DNA from: an uncultured Planctomycetia bacterium
Lineage (GTDB): Bacteria; Omnitrophota; Gorgyraeia; 2-02-FULL-51-18; CAYJSE01
DNA length: 64,000 nucleotides
Direction: 5' to 3'
Assembly: GCA_964372765.1 (NCBI GenBank)
Contig: CAYJSE010000001.1
Span: 118,790-182,789 of the forward strand
Shown: positions 50,083-61,327 of the stretch, piece after piece
How the letters are laid out: each line of letters begins with the position of its first letter
How positions within the stretch are numbered: position 1 is the stretch's first letter
Translations under genes and position numbers: made by a program
Notes under the pieces: model-generated
Databases searched by the model: none
What the model was told of the DNA's origin: nothing
Seen by the model: the letters and a program-made list of their open reading frames with translations, nothing else

Positions 50083-51804
50083 ATGCGTTGGAGCAAGACG
50101 TTAATACCGACATTGAAAGAAACTCCGCAGGAAGCGCAGATCAAGAGCCATCGGCTGATGCTGCGTGCGGGGTTGATTCGCAAGCTCGCAAGCGGCACCT
50201 ACACGTATCTGCCGCTCGGGTGGCGTTCTTTGAGGAAAGCAATCGAGATTGTGCGCGAGGAGATGGATAAGGTTGGGGCTCTCGAGATCCTCATGCCCGC
50301 GATTCATCCGGCGGATCTCTGGAAAGAGTCTGGCCGCTTCGAGATCCTCGGCGAAGACATGATTTATTTTAAAGATCGCCATGGCAAGGAAAACGTTCTT
50401 GGCCCCACGCACGAGGAGGTTGTGACGGATCTTGTGCGTCGAGAAGTGCATTCCTACAAACAGCTCCCGATGACCTTGTATCAGATTCAGACAAAATTTC
50501 GTGATGAAATGCGCCCTCGCTCAGGGATTATCCGCAGCCGGGAATTTTTAATGAAAGACGCTTACAGCTTTCATGCGACGCCAGAATGCCTCGACAAAAC
50601 GTACGAAGAGATGAAAGAGGCGTATAAAAGGATTTTTACGCGTTGCGGGCTCGATTTTCATATCGTGCAGGCCGATCCGGGCGCCATGGGCGGCTCGGGC
50701 TCGCAGGAATTTGTGCTCTTCTCCGACGCTGGCGAAGACCGCATGGTGCAGACGGGCGAGCGGGGCGTCGTGGTCAGCGTCGAAATGGCCGAACGATGGA
50801 TCGAAAAACAGGATTTGCCCAAAGAGCCGGCGCCCAAACGATATAAAAAAGTGCACACCCCGGGGCATTCGAGCGTCGAAGGAGTTTGCGCGCTGTTGAA
50901 AAAGAAACCGCAAGATCTTGTCAAAACCATGATCTATGAAACTTCGGACAAAAAATTATTCGCGGTGTTGGTGCGCGGCGATCATGAAGTGAGTGATTAC
51001 AAGATAAAGAAAAGGGTGCATCCGACGGCGGCGCTTGCTTCGAGGAGCGCGATCGAGCGCGCGGGCTTCTGTTTTGGTTTCAGTGGCCCCATCGGTTTAA
51101 AGCTGCCGCTCTATGTGGACGCCGATGTGCTTCAAATGAAAGGCCTTGTGATCGGCGCCAACGAAACGGACTACCATCTCATCGACGCACATGTTGCGGA
51201 TTTTACCCGGAGCTGCGAAAGCGCTCTCGAGATCGGTGATTTTCGCCAAGTAGTCGAAGGCGATAGCTCCGCGGACGGAAAATCAAAACTTATTTTTAAA
51301 ACAGCGATCGAGCTTGGGCATATTTTTAAACTAAACCGGCGCTATTCGGAGCCTCTCAAAGCGCATTTCTTAAATGAAAACGGCAAAACCAACCCCATTC
51401 TCATGGGTTGCTACGGAATCGGTATCAACCGCATCTTGGCGGCTGCGATCGAACAGACGGCGAATGATAAAGGAATCATTTGGCCTAAAAGTATCAGTCC
51501 GTTTCAGGTTCTCGTCACGTTGCTGGATCCCGCGGATCCGCAGTCGATCGAGATCGTGGAACGTGTCACGACGGGCCTCGAAAAGCGGAGCATCGACTAT
51601 TTGGTGGACGACCGCCCGGAGACGCCCGGTGTTAAGTTTAACGATGCGGATTTGATCGGTATTCCTCTACGGCTGACGCTGGGTTCGCGCGGCCTCAAGG
51701 CCGGAAAGGTGGAGCTGAAAGTTCTTAGGACGGGCGCCATGACGCCCGTCGCTGTTGCTTCCGATATAGCCCAGGCCATCCAAGACCAGCTTGACAAGCT
51801 CTAG
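50083..51804 (+). CDS. proS: prolyl-tRNA synthetase (bacterial type with INS editing domain)
   Basis: 573 aa, class II motifs, 'KTLIPTLKETPQEAQI' N-terminus. RBS AAGGA at 50072-50076. Confidence 0.95.
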   Translation: MRWSKTLIPTLKETPQEAQIKSHRLMLRAGLIRKLASGTYTYLPLGWRSLRKAIEIVREEMDKVGALEILMPAIHPADLWKESGRFEILGEDMIYFKDRHGKENVLGPTHEEVVTDLVRREVHSYKQLPMTLYQIQTKFRDEMRPRSGIIRSREFLMKDAYSFHATPECLDKTYEEMKEAYKRIFTRCGLDFHIVQADPGAMGGSGSQEFVLFSDAGEDRMVQTGERGVVVSVEMAERWIEKQDLPKEPAPKRYKKVHTPGHSSVEGVCALLKKKPQDLVKTMIYETSDKKLFAVLVRGDHEVSDYKIKKRVHPTAALASRSAIERAGFCFGFSGPIGLKLPLYVDADVLQMKGLVIGANETDYHLIDAHVADFTRSCESALEIGDFRQVVEGDSSADGKSKLIFKTAIELGHIFKLNRRYSEPLKAHFLNENGKTNPILMGCYGIGINRILAAAIEQTANDKGIIWPKSISPFQVLVTLLDPADPQSIEIVERVTTGLEKRSIDYLVDDRPETPGVKFNDADLIGIPLRLTLGSRGLKAGKVELKVLRTGAMTPVAVASDIAQAIQDQLDKL

Positions 51805-51854
51805 CTAGCTTTGCTACTATACTAACCATTCAACAGGGCTTAAGGACTGACCGC

Positions 51855-51882
51855 AAAAAGTGGGTGAAGACCCACTTTTTTT
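51855..51882 (+). terminator. rho-independent terminator after proS (stem AGTGGGT / ACCCACT, loop GAAG, then T7)
   Basis: Perfect 7-bp GC-rich stem at 51859-51865 and 51870-51876, followed by TTTTTTT at 51876-51882. An A-run upstream suggests possible bidirectionality. Confidence 0.8.
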
Positions 51883-51897
51883 GTTCTAGGGTTTACA

Positions 51898-52368
51898 ATG
51901 GGTTTACCGTATGAAATCGAATCCCGGCGGGACGCGATCGAGGCGGAAGTCGCCACGTTCGGCGCCTGGCTTGTGGATATCGAATGGAAAAAATTTCAAG
52001 GCCGTCAGGTGATCACCATCCTCGCGGATAAGGAGGGCGGGATCACGCTCGAGGACTGTGTGGTCTTGAACCGCCATTTGAGCGGTTTCTTGGACGGGTT
52101 GGAGCTTGTTCATGAAAGCTATGTGCTCGAGGTTTCGAGTCCGGGCCTAGACCGGCCGCTCAAAAGCCAAGAGGATTTTTCGCGCGCGATCGGCGGAAAA
52201 GTGCGTGTCGTGGTACAGCCGCCCGGGCAGGCTCAGGAGATTCTGATAGGGCGTCTCGTGCAGGTGCAGTCCGATGCTGTCACGTTGGAGCTCGGCAAAG
52301 AGCGCGCTTTAAGGGAAGTGCCGATTTCGGGGATCGCGAAAGCCACAAAAGAGGTATCGTTTCGATGA
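51898..52368 (+). CDS. rimP: ribosome maturation factor RimP
   Basis: 'EVSSPGLDRPL' signature, 156 aa, immediately upstream of nusA. Confidence 0.85.
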   Translation: MGLPYEIESRRDAIEAEVATFGAWLVDIEWKKFQGRQVITILADKEGGITLEDCVVLNRHLSGFLDGLELVHESYVLEVSSPGLDRPLKSQEDFSRAIGGKVRVVVQPPGQAQEILIGRLVQVQSDAVTLELGKERALREVPISGIAKATKEVSFR

Positions 52369-53555
52369 ATCACGAACTGTTAACTGTTTTAGAAAATATT
52401 GAGCGCGAAAAAGGCGTCAGCCGTCAGATATTGGCAGAGTCCATTGAGGCCGCGCTGGTGTCCGCGGCTAAGAAAGTGCTTCACGATAAAGACAAGGAAG
52501 TGCAGGTCAAGTTTGATCTTGAGACTGGCGGCATACAGATTTTTTCGGAAGGCAAAGAGATCGTTTCTTCCGAATTTGGCCGCATCGCGGCCCAAACCGC
52601 AAAACAAGTGATCATCCAGAAGATCCGCGAAGCCGAGCGCGAAGTGATCTACAACGACTTTCACGGCAAAGTCGGATCGATCGTCAGCGGCATGGTCTAT
52701 CGTTTTGAGAAAGGTTCAATTTTGGTAGACCTTGGGAAAACGGAAGGCATCCTACCGAAACGCGAGCAGTCCCCGCGTGATAATTATCGCCAGGGCGACC
52801 GGGTGCGCGCCTACGTTTTGGAGGTGAACAATACGGGCAAAGGCCCTGAAGTGATTCTGTCGCGCAGTCATCCCGGCTTTGTGAAAAAACTGTTTGAGCT
52901 GGAAGTGCCCGAAATCTACGAAGGAATCGTGGAGATTAAATCCGTTTCTCGTGAGCCGGGAGACCGTTCCAAAATCGCAGTATGGTCCAAAGATGACAAG
53001 GTGGATTCGGTGGGCGCCTGCGTGGGCATGCGCGGTTCGCGCGTGAAAGGCGTCGTGAAGGAACTGCAGGGCGAGAAAATCGATATTGTGCGTTGGAGCG
53101 AAAACGTCGAGGAGTTTGTGACGGCGGCGCTTAGCCCGGCCGAAGTTTCTTCGGTCAAGACGCTAGGTTCGGAGGAGAGAAAAGTCGAAGTGGTGGTGGC
53201 CGATGATCAGCTGTCGCTGGCGATCGGCAAAAGCGGCCAAAATGTGCGCTTGGCTTCCAAGCTGACAGGTTGGAATATTGACATTCGTTCGAAGAGGGAT
53301 ATCGTCAAAGAAAAGCTTGAGGACGTGATGGGCGGGGCTCCCGAAGCTGCCTCGGCAGCCGCCGCGGGAGATTTGACGTCGATTGAGGGCATCGGCCCCA
53401 AAACCGCCGAAGCGCTGATGGAAGCCGGCTACAAAACGGTAGAGGAGTTGAAGGGTATTACGGAAGAAAAGCTTTTGGAAGTAAAAGGGATCGGTAAAAA
53501 GACAGCGGAAAAAATTCTCGAGTACCTGCAAAAGGGGCCTCATGAGAGTTCATGA
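52365..53555 (+). CDS. nusA: transcription termination/antitermination factor NusA
   Basis: N-terminal domain, S1 and two KH domains. 396 aa. ATGA overlap with rimP. Confidence 0.9.
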   Translation: MNHELLTVLENIEREKGVSRQILAESIEAALVSAAKKVLHDKDKEVQVKFDLETGGIQIFSEGKEIVSSEFGRIAAQTAKQVIIQKIREAEREVIYNDFHGKVGSIVSGMVYRFEKGSILVDLGKTEGILPKREQSPRDNYRQGDRVRAYVLEVNNTGKGPEVILSRSHPGFVKKLFELEVPEIYEGIVEIKSVSREPGDRSKIAVWSKDDKVDSVGACVGMRGSRVKGVVKELQGEKIDIVRWSENVEEFVTAALSPAEVSSVKTLGSEERKVEVVVADDQLSLAIGKSGQNVRLASKLTGWNIDIRSKRDIVKEKLEDVMGGAPEAASAAAAGDLTSIEGIGPKTAEALMEAGYKTVEELKGITEEKLLEVKGIGKKTAEKILEYLQKGPHESS

Positions 53556-55788
53556 GCTGGCCAAAGAGCTAAAAACGACCAGTAAAGAGATTTTGGACGT
53601 TTTAAAATCTTTAAAACTCGAAGCCAAAAGCCACATGAGCCAGTTGACGGAAGACGGCGTTCGCCACGTTAAAGACGCGCTCACCAAACCTAAAGCAAAA
53701 GCACAAGAGCCCGCTCGCGCTTCCAGCTCCGCCCATTCCATGGCCTCCTCCTTGGAGAAAGCCAAGAAAGAGATATTCTCAAAACGCATTTCATCCGCGG
53801 CGGCTGCCAGTACCGTAGCCTCGACTTTTAAGAAATCGGTTACGTTGGCCCGCGCGCCGTCCCCGCGGTCCATCACAACGACGGCTCCGACGCCTCGGGG
53901 CAGCATTTCCGCGCCGCCTCCGCCCAAAAAAGAGTTTAAGCCTGCGCCGCCGGCTCCGCGGCCCGTTACAGCTGCGCCCGTCCAGACCAGCGCTCCCGTG
54001 CAAACCGTTGTGGAGATCGCGGCGCCCCGCATCACCGAAATCGCAACTCCGATCGCCGTAAAAGATTTAGCGGCGAAGCTCAATTTGAAGCCTAATGAGC
54101 TCATGCAGCGTCTTATCAAAATCGGCGTGTTTGCCACGATCAACCAGACGCTCAATTTTGAAATAGCTAAGAAGGCCGCCGCGGAGTTTAGCGTCGAGGT
54201 TGTAGAGGCTAAAAAATTTTTGACCCCGACCGCCAGTGTGTTATCGTCCGTTAACGCCGAGGCAAAAGATGTTTTGCGGCTCAAGTATCGGGCTCCGATC
54301 GTAACCTTTATGGGGCATGTGGACCACGGCAAAACCTCGCTTTTGGACGCGATCCGAAAAACGAAAGTGGCTGCCGGAGAGGCTGGCGGTATTACGCAGC
54401 ACATCGGCGCTTACGAAGTTTTTTTGCCCAAAGGCGCAATTACTTTTTTAGATACACCGGGTCATGAGGCGTTTACCGCGATGCGCGCGCGGGGAGCGAA
54501 GGTCACGGACATCGTGGTGCTGGTGGTGGCCGCGGACGACGGGGTGATGCCGCAGACGATCGAAGCGATTGACCACGCGAAAGCGGCCGGCGTGCCGATC
54601 GTCGTCGCGATCAACAAGATGGATTTACCGACGGCCAATCCGGAGCGCGTGAAGAAGGCGCTTTCCGAACGCGAACTGTTGGCCGAAGACTGGGGGGGCA
54701 AAACAATCATGGTAGGTGTCTCGGCGCGTACGGGCAAGGGCATCGATCAGCTTTTAGAAATGTTGGTTTTGGAAGCCGAACTCTTGGAGCTAAAGGCCGA
54801 TCCGGAAATGCTGGCGCAAGGGACGGTCGTGGAAGCCGAGCTCTCCAAGGAAAGTGGCGTGCTTGCGACCGTGCTGGTGCAGCAAGGCACGTTGAGGATC
54901 GGGGACGTGATCATTGTCGGTAACAGCTTCTGCAAGGTGCGCGCGATGATCAATGACCGGGGAGCGCGTGTGAAGGAAGCGCCGCCCTCGACACCGGTAG
55001 AGATTCTGGGACTCGCGAGCGTGCCCAAGGCCGGAGATCATTTTCAGGTGGTGGATCATGAGCGGAAGGCGCGCGAAATCGTCGAGCGGCATTCCCAGAC
55101 CGAGTACGACCGCATACGCTTGGCGCACGTGACGCTCGAGGATATTTACCAGGGCGTCAAGGCCGGTAAGGTCGAGGAATTGAAGCTGATTATCAAGTCG
55201 GATGTGCAGGGTTCCGTGGAGGCGCTCTGCGCGACGCTTGGGAAAATCCACGCCAAAGACGTGCGTTTAAAAATCGTGCATACAGGGGCGGGGGAGATTT
55301 CAGAGTCTGATATTTTGTTGGCAGCCGCGTCTAACGCGGTGGTGATCGGGTTTCACGTGAGTATCGCCGACGCCGCGAAGACGGCCGCCGAAAAAGAGCT
55401 GGTGGACGTGCGTTTTTACGACATTATTTATGAGGCGAAAGCCGCGATCGAAAAGGCGATGGAAGGGCTTCTGGCGCCTGAGGTGCGCGAAGTGTTTCTC
55501 GGCAGCGCCGAAGTGCGGCAGGTATTTAAAGTTTCCAAGATCGGAGTGATTGCCGGCTGCACGGTTTCGAAAGGCAAGATTGTCCGTAACGCGGGTTGCC
55601 GCGTGATGCGTAACGGCCAAAAAATCCACGAGGGCAAGATCCAGAGTCTTAAGCGTTTTAAAGATGACGCGCGCGAAGTGCTCGAGGGTTTCGAGTGCGG
55701 CATCGGTGTTTCCAATTTTGACGAATATCTGGCCGGCGATCGCGTCGAAACCTATGAGATTCAGACCAAGGAGAGAAAGCTAGAGTGA
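53542..55788 (+). CDS. infB: translation initiation factor IF-2
   Basis: 748 aa. '[21 protein letters not shown]' N-terminus, Ala/Pro-rich linker, GTPase '[12 protein letters not shown]'. Confidence 0.95.
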   Translation: MRVHELAKELKTTSKEILDVLKSLKLEAKSHMSQLTEDGVRHVKDALTKPKAKAQEPARASSSAHSMASSLEKAKKEIFSKRISSAAAASTVASTFKKSVTLARAPSPRSITTTAPTPRGSISAPPPPKKEFKPAPPAPRPVTAAPVQTSAPVQTVVEIAAPRITEIATPIAVKDLAAKLNLKPNELMQRLIKIGVFATINQTLNFEIAKKAAAEFSVEVVEAKKFLTPTASVLSSVNAEAKDVLRLKYRAPIVTFMGHVDHGKTSLLDAIRKTKVAAGEAGGITQHIGAYEVFLPKGAITFLDTPGHEAFTAMRARGAKVTDIVVLVVAADDGVMPQTIEAIDHAKAAGVPIVVAINKMDLPTANPERVKKALSERELLAEDWGGKTIMVGVSARTGKGIDQLLEMLVLEAELLELKADPEMLAQGTVVEAELSKESGVLATVLVQQGTLRIGDVIIVGNSFCKVRAMINDRGARVKEAPPSTPVEILGLASVPKAGDHFQVVDHERKAREIVERHSQTEYDRIRLAHVTLEDIYQGVKAGKVEELKLIIKSDVQGSVEALCATLGKIHAKDVRLKIVHTGAGEISESDILLAAASNAVVIGFHVSIADAAKTAAEKELVDVRFYDIIYEAKAAIEKAMEGLLAPEVREVFLGSAEVRQVFKVSKIGVIAGCTVSKGKIVRNAGCRVMRNGQKIHEGKIQSLKRFKDDAREVLEGFECGIGVSNFDEYLAGDRVETYEIQTKERKLE

Positions 55789-56780
55789 GCCGTGTGCTCT
55801 CAGGGATGCGGCCCACGGGACCGCTTCATCTTGGGCATCTCTTGGGCGCGCTGGACAACTGGACCCGTCTCCAAGCCGATCACGAGTGTTTTTTTATGGT
55901 CGCCGACCTGCACGCGCTGATGGGTGAGTACGAAAACCCCGCCGAGATTCAAAAAAATACCACTGAAATGATCGTCGATTGGCTGGCTTGTGGGATAGAC
56001 CCCGAAAGAAGCGTGATTTTTGTGCAGTCCCAGATTCCGGAGCACGCGGAGTTGGCGCTGATGCTGGGCATGATGACGCCTCTGGGGCGGCTCGAACGAA
56101 ACCCCACCTACAAGGAACAGCTTCGCGAGATCACAGGACGCGATCTGACCACCTTTGGATTTCTCGGTTATCCGGTACTGCAGGCCGCCGACATCTTGCT
56201 CTATCGCGCGGATAAGGTGCCCGTGGGCGAGGATCAGCTGGCGCATTTGGAGCTCACGCGAGAAATCGTGCGGCGTTTCAAGTTTCTTTATAAAAACGAC
56301 CTCTTTCCGGAGCCGCAGGCGCTATTGACGAAGGAAGCGCGCATTCTTGGGACCGATCGGCGTAAGATGTCCAAAAGCTACGGCAACGCGATCCATCTGT
56401 CCGATACCGAGGAGGCGATGCGCAAAAAAGTGCAGTCAATGGTCACGGATCCGGCGCGTGTGAAGGTAAGCGACCCCGGCCATCCGGATGTGTGCAACGT
56501 GTATTCGTACCATCAAATTTTTTCAAGTCCAAGCAAAACCCGTGAAGTCTACGACTGGTGCACGACCGCCCAAAAAGGTTGCAGGGATTGCAAAAAGGAA
56601 CTGGCCGGGATTCTGGACGCGAGCCGTTTGCGGGAAATCCGTGGGCGCCGAGAGCATTTCACAAACAATAAAAAGATGATTTCTGATATCATAGAACGCG
56701 GTCGCCAGAAGGCGGCAAAAGTCGCGCGCGAAACTATGGAAGACGTGAAGGGATCGATGGGTTTAATCCATCGGATGTAG
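55785..56780 (+). CDS. trpS: tryptophanyl-tRNA synthetase
   Basis: 'SGMRPTGPLHLGHL' (HIGH) and 'KMSKS'. GTG start overlapping the infB stop. Confidence 0.9.
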   Translation: MSRVLSGMRPTGPLHLGHLLGALDNWTRLQADHECFFMVADLHALMGEYENPAEIQKNTTEMIVDWLACGIDPERSVIFVQSQIPEHAELALMLGMMTPLGRLERNPTYKEQLREITGRDLTTFGFLGYPVLQAADILLYRADKVPVGEDQLAHLELTREIVRRFKFLYKNDLFPEPQALLTKEARILGTDRRKMSKSYGNAIHLSDTEEAMRKKVQSMVTDPARVKVSDPGHPDVCNVYSYHQIFSSPSKTREVYDWCTTAQKGCRDCKKELAGILDASRLREIRGRREHFTNNKKMISDIIERGRQKAAKVARETMEDVKGSMGLIHRM

Positions 56781-56782
56781 GG

Positions 56783-57520
56783 TTGTCTAGCATGGGTTAC
56801 AAAGTTAAATTAGATGTTTTTGAGGGTCCGCTGGATCTCCTTCTTTATTTGATCAAGAAGGACGAGCTGAATATCTATGACATCCCGATCACGCGTATCA
56901 CCGGACAATATCTCGAGTATCTGGAGTTTATGGAATCGTTGGATCTCGATATCGCGGGCGATTTTATTCTGATGACCGCGACGCTGATGCAGATCAAGTC
57001 CAAGACCTTGCTGCCTCCGGATCCGGAGGCGCCGCCCGAGGAGCAGGACCCCCGAGCGGAGCTCGTGAAAAGGCTTCTCGAGTACAAGGCGTTTAAAGAA
57101 GCGGCTGAAAAACTGCAGGGGATGGAGGCCGAGCGGGGGAATCTATTCGCGCGTTGGCCGATGGATACCCGGGCGCTGTTGGACGACGAGATGTTTTTGG
57201 AGGTTTCGACGCAGGATCTGGTGAGCGCTTTTCTAAAAATTGTTAAAAATCTGCCGCGCACACAGTTTCATGAGGTGACCGACGATGAGTACACGGTGGC
57301 CGATAAGATCCACGAGATTACGCATCACCTCGTGCGCGAGGTCCGAATTTACTTTAGCGTTCTTTTTAAAAACGCACGCAGCAAAAATGAGGTGATCGCT
57401 TGCTTTTTGGCGATTTTGGAGCTGGTGCGCTTAAAGGAAGTGGTGGTTCGGCAGAAGGCGACGTTTGAAGAGATCGAAATTCAGCGCAACGAGAAACACA
57501 TCGCGCGTTTAATCGGGTAA
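56783..57520 (+). CDS. scpA: segregation and condensation protein A
   Basis: 'LDVFEGPLDLLLYLIKKDEL' kleisin N-terminus. Confidence 0.8.
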   Translation: MSSMGYKVKLDVFEGPLDLLLYLIKKDELNIYDIPITRITGQYLEYLEFMESLDLDIAGDFILMTATLMQIKSKTLLPPDPEAPPEEQDPRAELVKRLLEYKAFKEAAEKLQGMEAERGNLFARWPMDTRALLDDEMFLEVSTQDLVSAFLKIVKNLPRTQFHEVTDDEYTVADKIHEITHHLVREVRIYFSVLFKNARSKNEVIACFLAILELVRLKEVVVRQKATFEEIEIQRNEKHIARLIG

Positions 57521-57529
57521 GGACTCGTT

Positions 57530-58150
57530 ATGGAAAACAAGGAATGGAAATATGCGATCGAGGCGCTTTTGTTCGCGAGCGACCGGCCGCTTCTGATATC
57601 TGAAATTGAGGGCGTTTTTTCCAGCGAATTGACCGGGAAGGAAATCGAGGGATTTTTGGCGGAGCTCCGGTCGGAGTATGACGCCGAGGCACGGGGGTTT
57701 CGTCTTTTTGAGATCGCGGGCGGGTGTCAGCTTGTGACCGACAACAAGTTCGCGCCTTTCCTAAAAAAGTTTTTCCAAGACCGCGAGAAAAGAAGGCTCT
57801 CCCGCGCTAGTCTTGAAACGCTTTCAGTGATCGCCTACCGCCAGCCGGTGACGCGCGCGGATATCGAGTTTATCCGGGGCGTCAACGTGGATGGCTCGAT
57901 CGCCTCACTTACGGAAAAAAAACTGATCCGCGTGGTCGGGAAAAAAGACGCGCCCGGACGTCCGCTGCTCTACGGAACGACACGTGAATTCTTGGAGCGC
58001 TTTGGGTTAAGCGCGCTTAAAGATTTGCCGCCGCTGTCAGAGTTTACCGAAAAGGACATTGCCGCCGAAATCGGGAAATTTACGCCGGTGACCACGGAAA
58101 CCGAAATTATCCGGGAAGATGAGGAAGGCGCGCAGAATGAAAGTCGGTGA
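57530..58150 (+). CDS. scpB: segregation and condensation protein B
   Basis: Tandem winged-helix ScpB pattern 'ALLFASDRPL' and 'LETLSVIAYRQPVTRADIE'. Confidence 0.8.
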   Translation: MENKEWKYAIEALLFASDRPLLISEIEGVFSSELTGKEIEGFLAELRSEYDAEARGFRLFEIAGGCQLVTDNKFAPFLKKFFQDREKRRLSRASLETLSVIAYRQPVTRADIEFIRGVNVDGSIASLTEKKLIRVVGKKDAPGRPLLYGTTREFLERFGLSALKDLPPLSEFTEKDIAAEIGKFTPVTTETEIIREDEEGAQNESR

Positions 58151-59216
58151 CTTAAGAAAAGAGGTGGATCGTCTGGACGCGAAGATCCTCGAGTTTTTAA
58201 ACGCGCGTGCCCGGCTTTCCAAAAAAATAGGCAGCGCGAAGATGCGCGCAGGATCCGAAGGGATCTATGCGCCACATCGCGAGAAAGAGGTGCTGGACCG
58301 GCTACGGATGCTGAATCGGGGTCCGTTGACGCCCGCCGCGATTGAGGCGATCTACCGCGAGATCATGTCGTTTTCGATCAGTCTCGAAAAGCCCGTAAAG
58401 ATCGCGTATCTCGGACCGGCCGTGACCTACACCCACCAGGCAGCCCGGAAAAAATTTGGGTCGCTGGTTGAGCATGTGCCATCGAGCAGTATTTCGGATG
58501 TGTTCACGGATGTGGAGCGCGAACGCTGTGATTATGGCGTCGTGCCGGTCGAAAACTCAACCGAAGGCGCCGTGAATCACACGCTCGACATGTTTACGGA
58601 ATCTGGTTTAAAAATTTACGCCGAAGTATTTTTGCCGATTCATCACCACTTCATGTCCATCGGCAATCCCATAAAGAGCATCACGCAAGTTTATTCCAAT
58701 CCTCAAGTGTTTGGCCAGTGTCGGATGTGGCTCGAGTCCAACGTGCGCAGCGCGGATCTTATCGACACGGCCAGCACCGCGGAAGCCGCACAGATCGTCG
58801 CGAACAACTCGAACCGCGAAGGTATTGCCTGCATCGCCAGCGAAGTGGCCGCGAAGGAATATGGTTTGAAGGTGTTGGCTTCCTCGATTGAAGACAACCC
58901 CAACAACACGACGCGTTTTTTGGTGATCTCTAGAAGCGAAGCGCTGCCGACAAAGCGCGACAAAACATCGATCGTGTTTGCGATGAAGGATCGCGCGGGC
59001 GCCTTGCACGATATTCTCGTGCCGTTTAAAAAAGCGCACATCAACATGACCAAAATTGAGTCTCGTCCTTCGAAGAAAAAAGCGTGGAATTACTATTTTT
59101 TCGTCGATTTCGAAGGCCACCACCACGAGCCGCGCGTTCAAAAAGCGCTTTCGGGTCTTGAGCGGCACTGCACGTTTCTTAAAATTTTAGGTTCCTACCC
59201 AAAGGCAGACGTCTAA
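58137..59216 (+). CDS. pheA: bifunctional chorismate mutase / prephenate dehydratase (P-protein) with C-terminal ACT domain
   Basis: N-terminal chorismate mutase helix 'LRKEVDRLDAKILEFLNARARL', the prephenate dehydratase core, and a C-terminal ACT domain. Confidence 0.85.
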   Translation: MKVGDLRKEVDRLDAKILEFLNARARLSKKIGSAKMRAGSEGIYAPHREKEVLDRLRMLNRGPLTPAAIEAIYREIMSFSISLEKPVKIAYLGPAVTYTHQAARKKFGSLVEHVPSSSISDVFTDVERERCDYGVVPVENSTEGAVNHTLDMFTESGLKIYAEVFLPIHHHFMSIGNPIKSITQVYSNPQVFGQCRMWLESNVRSADLIDTASTAEAAQIVANNSNREGIACIASEVAAKEYGLKVLASSIEDNPNNTTRFLVISRSEALPTKRDKTSIVFAMKDRAGALHDILVPFKKAHINMTKIESRPSKKKAWNYYFFVDFEGHHHEPRVQKALSGLERHCTFLKILGSYPKADV

Positions 59217-60314
59217 GTGGGTTTATTTCCAACAGCCCGGCCGAATCTCGCCGGCGTCAAAAACTATGTTCCCGGCAAGCCCATCGAAGAGGTGGAGCGC
59301 GAGTACGGTGTCCAAAACGCCATCAAGATGGCTTCCAATGAAAACGCGCTTGGCCCATCGCCGAAAGCGGTCGCCGCGATCCGGAAAAGTTTAGGCCGCA
59401 TCCACCGTTATCCCGATGGGGGCTGCTTCTACCTCTCGCGGGCGTTGTCTAAAAAACTGGGTGTTATGTCTGAACAGCTGGTGTTTGGCAACGGGTCGGA
59501 TGAGATTTTCGTGCTCGCGGTTCGCGCGTTTGTGCAAAAAGCCGACGAAGTCGTGATCGCTGATCCGACGTTTCTGATTTATGAAATCGTGACGCGCACG
59601 CAAGAAGGCGTTGTGATCAAAGTGCCGATGAAGGACTTTCGGTACGATTTGGATGCGATGCTCTTGAAAGTTTCGGTGCGCACGAAAGTTGTTTTCATCG
59701 CGAATCCCGACAATCCCGTCGGCACGTATATTTCGGAAATCCGGCTGCGGTCATTTCTGAAGCTGGTGCCGCGCACGGTGGTCATTGTTTTGGACGAAGC
59801 GTATTATGAATTTGCGCGCGAACAAAAAGATTACCCCGACTCTCTAGCTCTTTTAAAGGAATACAAAAATCTCGTCATCACGCGCACTTTTTCCAAAGCT
59901 TACGGCCTAAGCGGTTTGCGGATCGGCTACGCGGTGGCGCATCCGGAAATCACGCAGGCGCTTCATAAAGTCCGTGAACCGTTCAACGTGAATCTCCTGG
60001 CGCAGGAAGCCGCGCGCGCGGCGCTGGAGGATGCCGCGCATCTTCAAAAGACCTTGAAATTAGTGCGCGAAGGTCGCCAGAAGCTTGTGCGCGAATTGCG
60101 CCGCATGAATGTCCGCTGTGTGGACACCGTAACTAATTTCATCCTGGCGGATTTGGGGTGCGACGCCCAAGCCATCTACGAAAAGATGCTCAAAAAAGGA
60201 GTGATTGTGCGCTCCATGGCGGCCTGGGGCATGCCGAGCTTTATCCGTGTCACGATCGGAAAACCGTTGGAAAATACAAAATTTATAAAAGTCTTAAAGG
60301 AGGTTTTGTCATGA
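59217..60314 (+). CDS. hisC: histidinol-phosphate aminotransferase (aromatic/His aminotransferase class II)
   Basis: 'KMASNENALGPSP' and PLP-lysine context 'TFSKAYGLSGLRIGY'. GTG start. Confidence 0.85.
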   Translation: MGLFPTARPNLAGVKNYVPGKPIEEVEREYGVQNAIKMASNENALGPSPKAVAAIRKSLGRIHRYPDGGCFYLSRALSKKLGVMSEQLVFGNGSDEIFVLAVRAFVQKADEVVIADPTFLIYEIVTRTQEGVVIKVPMKDFRYDLDAMLLKVSVRTKVVFIANPDNPVGTYISEIRLRSFLKLVPRTVVIVLDEAYYEFAREQKDYPDSLALLKEYKNLVITRTFSKAYGLSGLRIGYAVAHPEITQALHKVREPFNVNLLAQEAARAALEDAAHLQKTLKLVREGRQKLVRELRRMNVRCVDTVTNFILADLGCDAQAIYEKMLKKGVIVRSMAAWGMPSFIRVTIGKPLENTKFIKVLKEVLS

Positions 60315-61327
60315 TCATCGTTCTAAAGCCCGAGGCCACCCAAAAAGAAGTCGCTCACGTTGTGAGCAAGATCAAGGAGTTGGGTTTGAAGCCGATGCTC
60401 TCGGAAGGAAAGGAGCGCACGATCATCGGCGTGATCGGCGAGGAGGACCGCGCGCGCTTACAGCCCTTTGAGGCCTATCCAGGCGTGGAGCGCGTGGTGC
60501 AAATCCAACAGCCGTATAAATTTGTCTCGCGTGAGTTTAAAAAAGAAAATAGCGTCATCAAAATCGCGCCCGGCGTCGAGATCGGCGGCGAGAAGGTGAT
60601 CGTGATGGCCGGACCCTGCACCGTGGAAAACCGCGAACGGCTTCTGCGCATCGCGAAACACGTCAAGCAGAACGGCGCAAAAGTCCTGCGTGGCGGCGCA
60701 TTTAAGCCGCGCACGTCTCCATACTCCTTTCAGGGTCTGAGAGACAAGGGAATGAAGTTTTTGTACGAGGCCAAGCAGGAAAGCGGTCTTCCGATCGTGA
60801 CGGAGCTTATGGATCCGAGGGATATTCCCTTGTTTCTAAAATACTCGGACGTAATCCAGATTGGCGCGCGCAACATGCAGAATTTTGAACTGCTAAAAGA
60901 GGTGGGCAAAACGCGTAAGCCCATACTTTTAAAACGTGGCATGGCCAGCACGGTTAAAGATTTTCTTTTATCCGCGGAGTATGTTTTCTCGGAGGGCAAC
61001 CACAACGTGATCCTCTGCGAGCGCGGCATCCGGACTTTCGAGGACTCGACGCGCTTTACGCTGGACATCAGCGCGGTGCCGGTGATTAAGCGCTTGAGCC
61101 ATTTGCCGGTGGTGATTGATCCGTCGCATTGCTCCGGGATCTGGGATTATGTGTCGCCGTTGGCGAAGGCCGCGGTGGCGGTGGGGGCGGATGGGTTGTT
61201 GATCGAGGTGCATGACGAACCCGAAAAAGCGATGTGCGACGGGCCGCAGGCGCTGAAGCCCGAGAAGTTTGGGCTCTTGATGGACGAGCTTCGCCAGATC
61301 GCGAAAGCGATTGGGAGAAGTATCTGA
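60311..61327 (+). CDS. 3-deoxy-7-phosphoheptulonate (DAHP) synthase, class I-beta with N-terminal ferredoxin-like/ACT regulatory domain
   Basis: Internal ATG at 60311 overlapping the hisC stop. N-terminal approximately 70-aa regulatory domain, then the KDO8PS/DAHPS-Ibeta barrel ('VIAGPCSVE'-like 'VMAGPCTVE'). Confidence 0.8.
   Translation: MIIVLKPEATQKEVAHVVSKIKELGLKPMLSEGKERTIIGVIGEEDRARLQPFEAYPGVERVVQIQQPYKFVSREFKKENSVIKIAPGVEIGGEKVIVMAGPCTVENRERLLRIAKHVKQNGAKVLRGGAFKPRTSPYSFQGLRDKGMKFLYEAKQESGLPIVTELMDPRDIPLFLKYSDVIQIGARNMQNFELLKEVGKTRKPILLKRGMASTVKDFLLSAEYVFSEGNHNVILCERGIRTFEDSTRFTLDISAVPVIKRLSHLPVVIDPSHCSGIWDYVSPLAKAAVAVGADGLLIEVHDEPEKAMCDGPQALKPEKFGLLMDELRQIAKAIGRSI

Noticed and set aside
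53700-54060. Ala/Pro/Ser-rich low-complexity stretch, considered as a repeat or insertion
   Set aside because: This is the normal flexible linker region of IF-2 between the N-terminal domain and the G domain.
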